Positions 39,400 through 50,291 of a stretch of DNA of 64,000 nucleotides are shown here, one piece after another. Position 1 is the stretch's first letter, and every line of letters begins with the position of its first letter. The position numbers and the translations under genes are program-made. Under the pieces are notes generated by a model. It was not told the origin of the DNA. It saw nothing but the letters and a program-made list of their open reading frames with translations, and did not search any database. This DNA is from Euprymna scolopes (lineage: Eukaryota): NCBI GenBank assembly GCA_053919585.1, contig CM132792.1; one strand, 5' to 3'.

Positions 39400-39740
39400 T
39401 TATTAAAATCAGGAACGTCCAAGCATTACGTCAACAAACAATTTTTCCTTAAAAATTAAAAGTTTCGCACACTTCGTAAATGTTTTTCTTTAAAACAACC
39501 AACAATTCGGAAGCCGTCCAATCATCACTCCGTAAATAGCTCTTTTTTTCTTTAATTTATCGATTTATAAAAATTTTGAAACACCTCATGTATTATATTC
39601 GTAAATAATTTTTCCTTATAAATTATTAAAAATTCGGAAGCTGTTCAATCATTATTCCATTAATAATTCTCAAATATTCAGGAAACCGTCTAAGCATTAC
39701 TCCATAAGTATTTTTCCCCCTTTAAAAATTCAGAAAACCA
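39400..39740 (+). repeat. Degenerate tandem repeat (AAATTCGGAAGCCGTCCAATCATTACTCC core)
   Basis: About 5 diverged units visible. Confidence 0.6.
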
Positions 39741-40151
39741 AGTTTAATCGTGTACATTCACCTTTCGGTTGTAACTCGTTATAAGATTTCACTGAACTAA
39801 TACTGGCAGCCATGGGAACCGATCTATATAAGCACTAGAATAAATAAAAAGAGAAAGAGGGCGCAACAGGTAGAGAAGGAGAAAGTAAGGTTTTCAATAA
39901 AACCTCCAACCACCACTTCATGAAAACTGTTACACTTGCCCACCACTAACGGCAGCACTCGACCCTACACTCCTTCACCTACAGCCCCCTTTGTGGGATC
40001 GGCTCCCATTGTTTAAAAAAAATGATTAACATATTATTATTATATGGCAACGCACAATTGCGACTGAAACTTAACTTCTTCAGCTAATAAGTATTTTCTT
40101 TTAATTTCACATCTATTTAAATTTTTCATTTAAATCAATAAAATCAATAAA

Positions 40152-40312
40152 GTGGCCGCTGGCAGACCCTGGGTTCGGCAGCAGGACTCGGCGCCGGCCC
40201 ACAAATCTAAAGAGACCCAGGTTTGGCTTCAGAAGGATTACTACGCCTTTGTTCCCGTTCTCTCACTGCCCCTCCCCGCCACGACCTGAACCCGCTAGAC
40301 TACTTCGTTTTG
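40152..40312 (+). repeat. Second copy of the maT fragment at 37306-37465
   Basis: Near-identical over the first ~115 bp. Confidence 0.9.
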
Positions 40313-40591
40313 TCATTTTACAGCTTTTGAACTAAACTGTTTTTTACTCCATCTTCTTTTTTTCTTTTTGTTTCAACAAAGTTTTCCATAAGTAAGCAAT
40401 ATAGTACTGTGGTGTGAAAGAATAGAGAAGGGAAGAAACACAAAGCTATAGTATATTTTTTATTCTAAATGCAACAATCACAAAAATATTTTTCCTTTTC
40501 TTTTTTACACCTCAAAAAGCTGGCATCAGAATTTCAGAACTAACATTCCTTTAATTAACATTTCTGAATTTGTTTTTGTTTTTTGTTTTTT

Positions 40592-40667
40592 CGGCTTGAT
40601 CACCGATATGAAATACATTTTATTTGTAAAAACAAATAAAATGTATTTCATATCGGTGATCAAGCCG
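40592..40667. repeat. Perfect 35-bp-arm hairpin
   Basis: CGGCTTGATCACCGATATGAAATACATTTTATTTG-TAAAAA-reverse complement. Confidence 0.95.
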
Positions 40668-40673
40668 TTTCCT

Positions 40674-41144
40674 TAATTTTTATTTTTATTTCGGACTATT
40701 AGTCTCATCTTTATTAGTTGTTGTTTTTGAATCTTTTTATTGGTTCACAACGTTTCGGCCAACTTCCTCTGGCCTTCGTTAGGTCCCGTGGCGCAGTTGA
40801 TAGAGACGTTGAATCTCTACGGTTCCAGATGAACATTGTCTGAAGATAGCGGTTTCAATCCCACCCAAAGCGTGCCAGAGGTAATTGGTCAAAAATGTGG
40901 TGAGACGACAACAACTACGGATGGCAGTGATGGCTGAGAATACAGTTAGGAGATTCGAAGTTCCTAACCGTCGCGGTTACCACCTGACGAAGGCCAGAGG
41001 AAGTTGGCCGAAACGTTGTGAACCAATAAAAAGATCCAAAAACAACAACTAATAAAGATGAGACTAATAGTCCGAAATAAAAATAAAAATTAACATATAA
41101 TGCTCATCTCAAAAAATGAATTCCAATTAAGGAATAATATATAT
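40674..41144 (+). mobile_element. Young tRNA-headed SINE-like element with Penelope-type hammerhead tail and inverted 5' tail copy
   Basis: TSD AAGCCGTTTCCT (40662-40673 / 41145-41156). Inverted arms 40674-40784 / 40982-41092 with 2 mismatches by eye. A-box-like TGGCGCAGTTGA at 40789 and B-box-like GGTTTCAATCCC at 40851. Confidence 0.9.
40980..41021 (+). ncRNA. Minimal type-I hammerhead ribozyme (Penelope-type)
   Basis: CAC-CUGACGA-A-GGCCA..UGGCC-GAAA-CG-UU^GUG. Core intact, palindromic AACGUU at stem III, predicted cleavage after 41017. Confidence 0.8.
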
Positions 41145-42189
41145 AAGCCGTTTCCTCTTTATTTTTTCAACTAGTAGGGTTATTCGGCAATACCCTGGGA
41201 TTGTCACATAAACGAAAAGCTCTAATTCAGCTTACATTCGCTTTCTCTATAACAATTTCCGACCATCATAGCTGGTTGAGTCACAACATCACGTGCACTC
41301 AGTTTTTGCACTTTTTCTTAAATCTAGTTGAAACAACCGTAACGTTGAACACATTTTTCTAATGGCGTCGTAACAATGAAACAATTTTGCTGGTAACGAG
41401 ATAATTACCTTTCTTTTGTAAGCCTCCCGCCTTAGGTCAGCAGATGTGGCCTCTGACCCTATTGAAACTACAATGGCCGATGATCGTTTTCTTCCGGGAG
41501 TACTTAACAGGATTCTTCAACGCCGCAGGCTTCGTGTCGATTTCCGTTGAAAATCAATTAGCTTCTTATGCAAGCCGAAAAGAAAACAAACTCAGGGGAT
41601 TCTAGTCTACTAAAGTTAATTCACGAACATTACAAGTGTTTACATATTTTCAGTTCGATTACACCAGAAAACAGTCCAAAATCTTATTATTCGTTCTCCA
41701 CGATGGCGACCATGATGGAGAGGGGGAGGAGTGGCGTTTCTTAGGTGCGTGTGTTTCTCTCGAGATTCGGCTTCGATCTGATAATTTCGGCCCGGGCATT
41801 CGCTTATATTCCAAGGGTAAAGGTTGGTTGGGGAAATCCGCTCGACCAATCAGGATTCAACACGTTACTCGGGGAATTCCCGAATCCTTTGCGTGTGTGC
41901 AGCTCTGCAAGGCTTGCAAATCTGGGATCAGAACTCAAATTTATTCACACGCTCAGAAGGTTAACACTTTGACCTCTCGCACTCAGAAAGCCAGACATCC
42001 TGAGCACGGGTTCGTCAGGCCAAGAACGAATGTATGATTTCATTCTCACTTTAATCTGACATTTCTTGTCACTTTTCTCAAACAATAAAATATATAAAAT
42101 AAAATACGCATCAAGTGCGCTTGAAAGCCAAATCATAACGTAATATACGGAAAATAAACAAATATTTTACTTGTTTGAAATTTATCACT

Positions 42190-43582
42190 GGAAAACTGCT
42201 TCTGTGGTACCAGTTTTCAATAATTTTTTACGAATGAACTGACCCACTAAATTATCGCCCCATTAGCCTCCTCCCACTTTTCGCCAAAATATTTGAGTCC
42301 ATAATTAACCAAGCTCCAGTCCATCACTTTACAGATGCTAAACTTCTGACCGAACAAAAATATGAATTTAGGCAGGCCCGTTCCACAGCAGATATCCTAA
42401 CTGTAATCTCTGAACGTATTACCATTCACTGGACAAAGCAGTGGAGGGTAGAGCGGTAGCTCTAGATATATCTAAGGCTTTTGACAGGGTATGGCATGAA
42501 GGTCTCCTCAGGCAAATCAGATCATACGGTATCACTGGTAGAATACTGCACATAATTAAATCCTTCTTAGATAAGAGAAAAATCCAGGTTGTCCTTGATG
42601 GTCGTACTTAAATGATATAAATGCGTGAGTGCCTCAGAGGTCTATACTTGGACCTTTATTATTCCTAATATTTATAAATGACCTCCCCGAGAAAATTGCC
42701 TCTGAGATGGGTATATATGCTGATGACACCACGCTCTATAACAGGCACGACAGGAAAACAAATGAACACATATCTAAGGAAATGGCAGAAACACTAGAGA
42801 ATTATTTCCAATCTGTAATGAAATGGGGACAAAAATGGAAGGTCACATCCAATGCTGCTAAGACTAAACTTGTTTCCTTCAATAACTACAAGAAACCTTC
42901 TCTACCACCAATAGCAATGGCCAAAGATTCATTATCCGAAAGAACTCCTCGGCCTCACGTTCTCAGGAAACATGAGTTGGAACAATTACATTGAGGGCAT
43001 TGCCAGAACCGCTGCGAAGAATGTAGGCTTTCTCTACCGTGCTAGAAAGCTACTAACGCCCGAAAGTATCCTGTACCTCTATAAGGCCACCATTCGCCCA
43101 TATATGGAGTATTGTTGTCATATTTGGGCTGGTGCATCTGCTACTAGTCTCTTGCTCCCAGACAAGGTCCAAAAGAGAGTCTCCAGCCTGATAGGTCCTA
43201 AACTGCCATCTAAGCTTCAGCCTCTGTCCTACCGACGAAGTGTTGCATCCCTTTGCCTGTTCTACAAGTATTTTAATGGTGAATGCTCTGACGAACTGCA
43301 AGCACTTGTACCCCCATGACGTAAATACCCTCGACAAACCCGACAAGCAGCTAAATCCCACCCCTACACAGTAGAGATCCCTAGATGTAAGAGAGCTTTC
43401 TACTCTAGTAGTTTCTTCCCCAGAACCATGTACTGACATGTAGAAGTTCAAGTGTAACGTGAACTGACATCTTGCTGCCCAACTCCCTACATAGTACCCC
43501 AGTAGCTTATGTCCCTGATAGTAGCCCCCTACACCAAAGTGGCAATGTGCCTTGTTTGGGGTGAAAATGTAATAAAAAAAAA
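42190..43582 (+). mobile_element. 5'-truncated CR1-group LINE, same family as 1-2980
   Basis: LDISKAFDRVWH, PQRSILGPLLFLIFINDL, YADD and YKATIRPYMEYCCHIWAGA. Ends GGGGTGAAAATGTAATAAAAAAAA. Confidence 0.95.
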
Positions 43583-44514
43583 GTACATTAAAAATGCAAA
43601 ATTGAATGTTTCCAACGTTTGACTGTGAAGCAGAAGCGTGAACATTATTCTGAAGATCCACATACCGGAGCGACATCAAATCATGGCAAACAAATGTGGA
43701 AGGAAACGAACAGAAGAAGTAAACTAAATGCATTGCAAGTCTAAATTTACTCTCATCAGATACCCAACAACTTGTTTGGACACAAATATACATATTCGCT
43801 GGTTTACTTTCGCAGACTCCTGATTTGTACCCATGTCTGGATAAAGAACTTTTCTCATTCTTGTTTTTGTTCTTGTTTGCTGCTTTTCTTGCTCTTGTTT
43901 TTCTTCTTCTTTGGTGTAAGTAGAACAGTCCGTTCTAAAGATACCGGCTTCCTGATTTAAATGCACCAAACCTTGACGTTTTCCTTTTCCCTTAGCAAAA
44001 CTTGTGTTCTACAAAGCCATAAACAAAATATTTTTCTCTACAAAAAAAAAGCTAAACACCATGGATAAATATTTAAAGATATAAACACCTTTAAGCATAA
44101 AACTTTTTTTCCATAATTACTGTATTGAACATTAAATAACCTGGAAAGGGTTGATATGTCGTAAGATAAAACAATCACACCAAACACCCTGAATAAATAT
44201 TTGAAAATATAAGCAATGTATAAAACTTTTTTTTTCCAAAATTACCGTATTCAGCGTTAAATAAGCTGAAAATGGTAAATATGCCGCAAAACAAAACAAC
44301 GAAACAACCAATATCTTCTTTTACTACATGTAGTTCTACTTCTTCCTCTTCTTCTTCTTTTTCTTCTTCTTCTTCTTCTTCTTACTATTATCATTATTGT
44401 TCATATCAATAAAAAATTTAAATATTAATATTATTATTGTTATTATTGTTATTATTAATAATATTAATATTAATACTGTTTAATAACAGTATTTGTTATT
44501 GTTATTGTTGTTGC

Positions 44515-44595
<81 letters not shown>

Positions 44596-44596
<1 letters not shown>

Positions 44597-45146
44597 TAGC
44601 GGGGCCTGTGGAAATTCCACGGTGGACTCTTTCATGTGTAATATATTGATGTTGGCATTTTTGTGGATGTTCAGCGTAAATGGAGACGTTCTGAAATTAT
44701 TGTAGTTCTTTTGTTAAAACTGCAAAAGTATATATCTAAGCTAGCAGGGACGCCCGGCATAGACTGGTCGTAAAATATGCTTAAATATGATATTTTAATT
44801 CATGCAGATTTCGTATATATTACTATAAGAGTCAATTTTCGATCCATCATTATATATTATAAACCTGTGATGTCAAAAATAAAAATATACCCATATGGCT
44901 TGGGTGCATCAGCTTGAATCGAAACCGAAACCAAAACTTATGAAGAAAAAAAGAATGTATTTATATATAACTTGAGTTCTTACAGCTATAATCGAAACCG
45001 AAACCAAAACTGATGAAGAATTCTTGGTAAAATTATTTATTACAAGAAATGGAAAGGCATAACAATTAAACAACAGGCACTCGGGAGAAAAAAAAAATAA
45101 ATGTGATACAGAAAATAACACACACGCTATCGTATTATAATATAGA
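44596..45146 (-). mobile_element. Non-autonomous Helitron with two successive 3' termini
   Basis: 5' TC at 45146. GC-rich subterminal motif plus CTAG at 44741, and hairpin plus CTAG at 44596. Confidence 0.75.
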
Positions 45147-45243
45147 GTAAAATATTTTATGTACCAACACAGTTTTTCATGAAACTAATTCAGTTAAAAC
45201 AATGTTGTAATAAAAATGATTTATTTAGAAAAAGGAACAGTCG

Positions 45244-45310
<67 letters not shown>

Positions 45311-45419
45311 GAGAGAGAGAGAGAGTTAATGTTTTTATGCACAAACAGGTTTCGTTTCGCTAATAATGTGTCGTTTTTTGGTTTGTAAGGTCAAGGATTT
45401 TCATGAAAGTTGAGGTTTC

Positions 45420-45463
45420 ATAACGTTGTAATAGGAGAAATAATATATTAATGAAAACATCAG

Positions 45464-45536
<73 letters not shown>

Positions 45537-45723
45537 AAACAAATGTAAAAAAATAAACAGTGAAAAAAAAAACAAATAACTGCTCAATTTTTTGTCCCCA
45601 TCGGCCGAGAGATTTGTTATTGATTTTACGTTATTCCGTAATAAAAAAGCAATAACAAATCTCTCGGCCGGCGGGGACAAAAAATCGTAGTAGGAGTAAT
45701 AATATATTAACGAAAACATCAGC

Positions 45724-45804
<81 letters not shown>

Positions 45805-45880
45805 TAAACAAATGAAAAACAATGAAAAAATAATAATAATTGCTCAATGTTTTGTCCCTGACGACCGAAAGATGTGTCAG
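45420..45880. repeat. Tandemly duplicated (CT)n-containing unit with an internal inverted repeat (45588-45683)
   Basis: GAAAACATCAGCC(CT)n..AATAAACAAATG..TGCTCAAT occurs twice. Confidence 0.75.
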
Positions 45881-46140
45881 AGTTTTTTTTATTACGGAAT
45901 AACTTAAAATCAATGATTTCTTAACAACTTTTGAAAGATAACACCCTAAATTTTATAGAATTAAAAATAGATATAGCCGTGAGAATACGATAATCGATTA
46001 GAACCTAGAGCGTTCGTAAATGTATTCCGAAATTAAATGTCTGTTCCAGAATAAAATTTCAACTAATCAAATCTGTCGGAAAGCGTGACACACAAAAGAA
46101 CACACACGCTATTGCATTAATATATAGATACTACTACTAC

Positions 46141-46181
<41 letters not shown>

Positions 46182-46353
46182 TCCCCCTTCTTAATATTTC
46201 TTAATATTTAATGAGCTTCTAATAACTCATTTCCCCCACCTACCGCCAAATTGTATTAAGAGTGTTTGCCGCCTCGTTAAAATAGACTCGTGCTATGACA
46301 ACCATGTACAGATTGATCAATAATTTTCACTCTTCACCTGATGTCCAAATATC

Positions 46354-46560
46354 CTATCGCTGGCTCGTTAATTCTGTTATTAATGCAATGAACAGCCTTC
46401 CCAGCAGAGCAGCGTGTAAGCTCAATATTTGAAGGGTCAATAATATAGATTTCCAGATAATTCCATTGCATATTTCGGCTTGACCATAACCACGCGTGTT
46501 ATAAGTTGTTGTGTGACTGCTAGCAATACCATTCATTTAAATGAACAATTCACGAAAATG
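46354..46560 (-). pseudogene. Gypsy-type integrase core fragment
   Basis: GIASSHTTTYNTRGYGQAEICNGIIWKSILL resembles the TTxYNPxGNGQxERxN motif. Confidence 0.7.
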
Positions 46561-47008
46561 TGTCTCTAGCATGAGTTGGTGTTTTTTGAACGATAAACGA
46601 TATTACAGTAATAGCAAAATTTTCGGATAACCATCTTGCAATTTTCTCATTCATTTTAGTTTCCCTTATGAGGAATTTACGGGAAAGAAAGCTCATGAGA
46701 CTTTAGAAATTTTTTGTCGATAAATAATTATTTGGTAAGAACAGATGTCTCATATATGAATGTATGTACGTCAGTGTACCAAAATGTCAGAATAATTCGT
46801 TGCATTACAACAAACCAGAAACAAAGTGATTGCATTTACCAATTATATTTAGTGTGTGACGGGTTTTAGTAGTTTTTGTCAAATACATACGGTGTAATAA
46901 GGGATAAAACTTATACCGGAAGTTGAGTATGGAGCTATGACATATCCCTTTCATGTTACATAAAAATGTTAAAATCTCATTATTTACAACGTTCCTTTTA
47001 TTGTTACA

Positions 47009-47474
47009 CTAGCACTAGCCTAGGTGCCCAGCGTTGCCCGGGTGTTTGGAGGTGTGTGTTGAGCAAAAATAAAAGTGATAGTAGGCAGGCAGGCTCGAAC
47101 TCGTGCCGCGAAGGAGTAAAAAAAACGTGAAAAAACATGACGTCTTTGCTGTTGCGGCCATCGCAAAACGGGAAGTGACGTAGGTTTAAATTAAGGCTAG
47201 TCAATCGAAAAGTGAGGATGACTTTCGAAAATATCGGTGAAAAAAGCGACCCCTCCTTATAGAAAAGTGCCCAGTTTAGGGTGAAATAATTAATGTTTTT
47301 AGCTAATTTTTCGATATTTGTCGTCCAAAGGGTCGAGCTTCAAAACGATAGCGATCTCGTGAAAATCTGTTGCCTCTGTCGAAAGATTTAGGCATACATA
47401 CATACATACATACATACATACATACATACAGACAGACAGACAGACAGACAGACAGGTGAGATTAATATTATGGA
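47009..47474 (-). mobile_element. Non-autonomous Helitron with (CTGT)n/(ATGT)n near its 5' end
   Basis: 5' TC start; 3' CCCGGGCAACGCTGGG hairpin plus CTAG. Confidence 0.8.
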
Positions 47475-48942
47475 TTAAAATCTTTTATTGCATTTTTTTT
47501 CTCTCATAATAACCTTGAAAAGCAAAAATCGAAGGTGCTTTTGTAGAATATACATTCAAATACTTTTAGTATTTAAGAAAATTCCCAGTCTTGGCGCACC
47601 CGCTCGCGAACTGAAATACCTTTTCTTTGCTATTGTTTTGCGATTTTTTTTTTTTTTTTTTTTTTTTGCTGTATTCTTTCTTGGTATCCCAGAAAAGAAT
47701 AACATTTTTAATTATTTCATTCATTTCTTCCCAGTTTTTCTTTTTGTGCAGGGAAAGATAACTGCAAATATAGTACTGGGCTTGATAAATTGTAATTAAA
47801 TTATTTTTCGGTAATTTTCTTAGGGGATATCTGTTGGCAACTGGGTTTAGGGTAAGATAGCGATTTACTTAATGTTAGTCAGTGGTAGAAATCCAGTATC
47901 TTTTGTGGCGGGGGACGGAGGGCGAGAAATTCAAATTACTCATATTTATGAAATATTAGAAAAAGAAAAAGATTTTATTGAGACAAAAATTTATATTCAT
48001 AACAATTTATTAAACAAAAACAATAAGTTCATTTTCTGTCTTCGGTATGAAGCCTGAATCGTTTTGAGAGAGAATGGTCATACAGTTCTGTGTTTTGTAC
48101 TTACCTTCGCTAGACACTCACCAAAATACTGTATTCGATCTGTGGATTTATCCTACTTTTAAAACAGTCTCATAGGAAAAATTAAAAACACAAAAAGAAA
48201 AAAGTAATGTGCAAAACCAAATGATAATGATGAAGGTTATAATTCCCACTCCAATCCTCTGTAAAGTGTTAGGATGCTCATTGTTTTCTAGGTAATCTGA
48301 AAGGAAACGTTAGTCTCTAAAAATTAGTGAGAAGTAAGTAGATGTCAAAAATAAACAAATCGGGTGGAATATTTGAATACGGGTACAAATCAGGAATCTG
48401 CAAAAGTAAACTAGCGAAAGGATCGTGTTTTTCATAAAAAAAATTCTTCTATAATTTATCATCTGCATTTCTCGGCTCCATCCGAGAATTTGCCTCCTAA
48501 ACTCGAGAATTAACGTTAAATTCTTTGATGTCTTTGATTCTACACAAGTACCAAATTCACCAAAAAAAAATACAATCTCTACCGACCAATCGTCAAAGGA
48601 AACCATGACATAATATAATTATTGTTAACATTTAAAAAATACATTTAGATTAAACTCGAGCATATTAAAACGGATGGCTCTAATCCAAAATTATTGTTTC
48701 AATTAAAATGGTACTCTGTTCTCAACCTTGTGCCATACATATACAACCAAGAAAAATGATTATCGCAACGACAGGAGGTGTTTATTGGGCTTAATCTTGT
48801 AAAGTTCAAGGTTATAGATAGGAAGAAAACCGTCAACAGGAAGAGAATTCCACAATTCTTACTTTTGTAGCTCTGCTGGGTTTACCATCACCGATTATGA
48901 GCATTATTTACATTAATATATTAAAGTACCTCATAATAAGGG

Positions 48943-49014
<72 letters not shown>

Positions 49015-49020
<6 letters not shown>

Positions 49021-49835
49021 AAGAAGTGAACCATATTTGGATGTTATAAAATAAATAAGTCGATTAAAAAAGCACGAAATGTAATAAAACCCGAAACGCT
49101 TTTCGTCAGAGAGACTTTTCAAGGATATACGTCTGAAAGAAGGAAAACAAAGGTTTTTTCTGTTTTTCTTTTTTTTTTTTTATAATTGTTGTAATAGTAA
49201 GCGAAAGGGGGTAGAAATGAAAAAAAAACTTAGATGGAACGTGTCCCCTCAAATAGTACCAACTGTGCACAAAGTAGGAGCGAAAACTGATGGCAAGCGC
49301 CTCGAGAACAGACAGGTGAAAGTAAGTGCGTCCTCTGTGCAAAACAGAAAAACACTCCGAAGAGAATGTAGAACCACAGTCCCTTTTTATCTAATAAGTG
49401 TTGTCCAATAGCCGATTCTACTAATTGAGAACCCCTGGAAATAGGCTGTTGATCCCGCTGAAACGAGGTACATGCTTGGTGATTCTAACGTGAAGACGCT
49501 GGATCGTCTTGTCTATATAGACGGCACCACACCGACATTGCAATTTGTAAACAATATTGCTTGACTGTGAGGTAGGCAAGACGTCCTTACGAAAAGAGGG
49601 AAATGCGCACTTCGTAAAAAAGCAATTCGGGGTGATTTCGCCTACTATTACAACAATTATACAAAAACAAAAAAACTTTCTTTTCCTTCTTTCAGACGTA
49701 TATCCTTGAAAAGTCTGTCTGACGAAAAGTGCTTCGGGTTTTATTACATTTCGTGATTTTTTTTTTTATCGGCTTATTTTATAACATCCGAATATTGTTC
49801 ACTTCTTTCTCATCATTTTAAAATTTTACTATTCT
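49015..49835 (+). mobile_element. Penelope-like non-autonomous insertion with about 190-bp inverted arms and a variant hammerhead
   Basis: Arms 49015-49206 / 49636-49813 around a 430-bp spacer; inserted in (TA)n. Confidence 0.75.
49703..49738 (+). ncRNA. Hammerhead ribozyme variant with U3-A8 core (mirror copy on minus strand at 49090-49125)
   Basis: UCC-UUGAAAA-GUC-UGUCU-GAC-GAAA-AGUGCU-UC^GGG. Confidence 0.65.
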
Positions 49836-49836
49836 A

Positions 49837-49893
<57 letters not shown>

Positions 49894-49899
<6 letters not shown>

Positions 49900-50290
49900 A
49901 GAAAAATGCGAGCATGAAAATTAATATGGTTAAGCTTAAACACGGAAAAGAAAAGGACTAGTTGTTAAAACTGGAAAAGAAAAGGACAAGATATTCTAGT
50001 AAAAAAATATAATAAATTTATAACTTAAGATATTGCAGTATAAAGAATTGATTATATAATGTTATAAATTGAATTTTTTAAAAGTTCTTAATGCTGCAAT
50101 ATTTTAAGTTATACATTTATTATAATTTTACTAGAATATCTTGTCCTTTTCTTTTCCAGTTTTAACAACTAGTCCTTTACTTTTCCATATTTAAGCTTAA
50201 CCATATTACTTTTCATGCTCGCATTTTTCTATTGTAATTCATGATTTCTCTAGATTTCCAGTAAATTCACTTGTTCTTTGATTAATTTCA
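49894..50290 (+). repeat. Fold-back with about 153-bp arms plus a one-sided tail
   Basis: 49894-50047 is the reverse complement of 50084-50236 with few mismatches. Confidence 0.9.
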
Positions 50291-50291
50291 G

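Noticed and set aside
43053-43793. 246-aa minus-strand ORF
   Set aside because: Largely antisense to the LINE 3' region and has no recognisable motif.
49446-49472. CTGTTGA..GAAACGAGGTA hammerhead-like string
   Set aside because: A6 is mutated and neither stem I nor stem II pairs.
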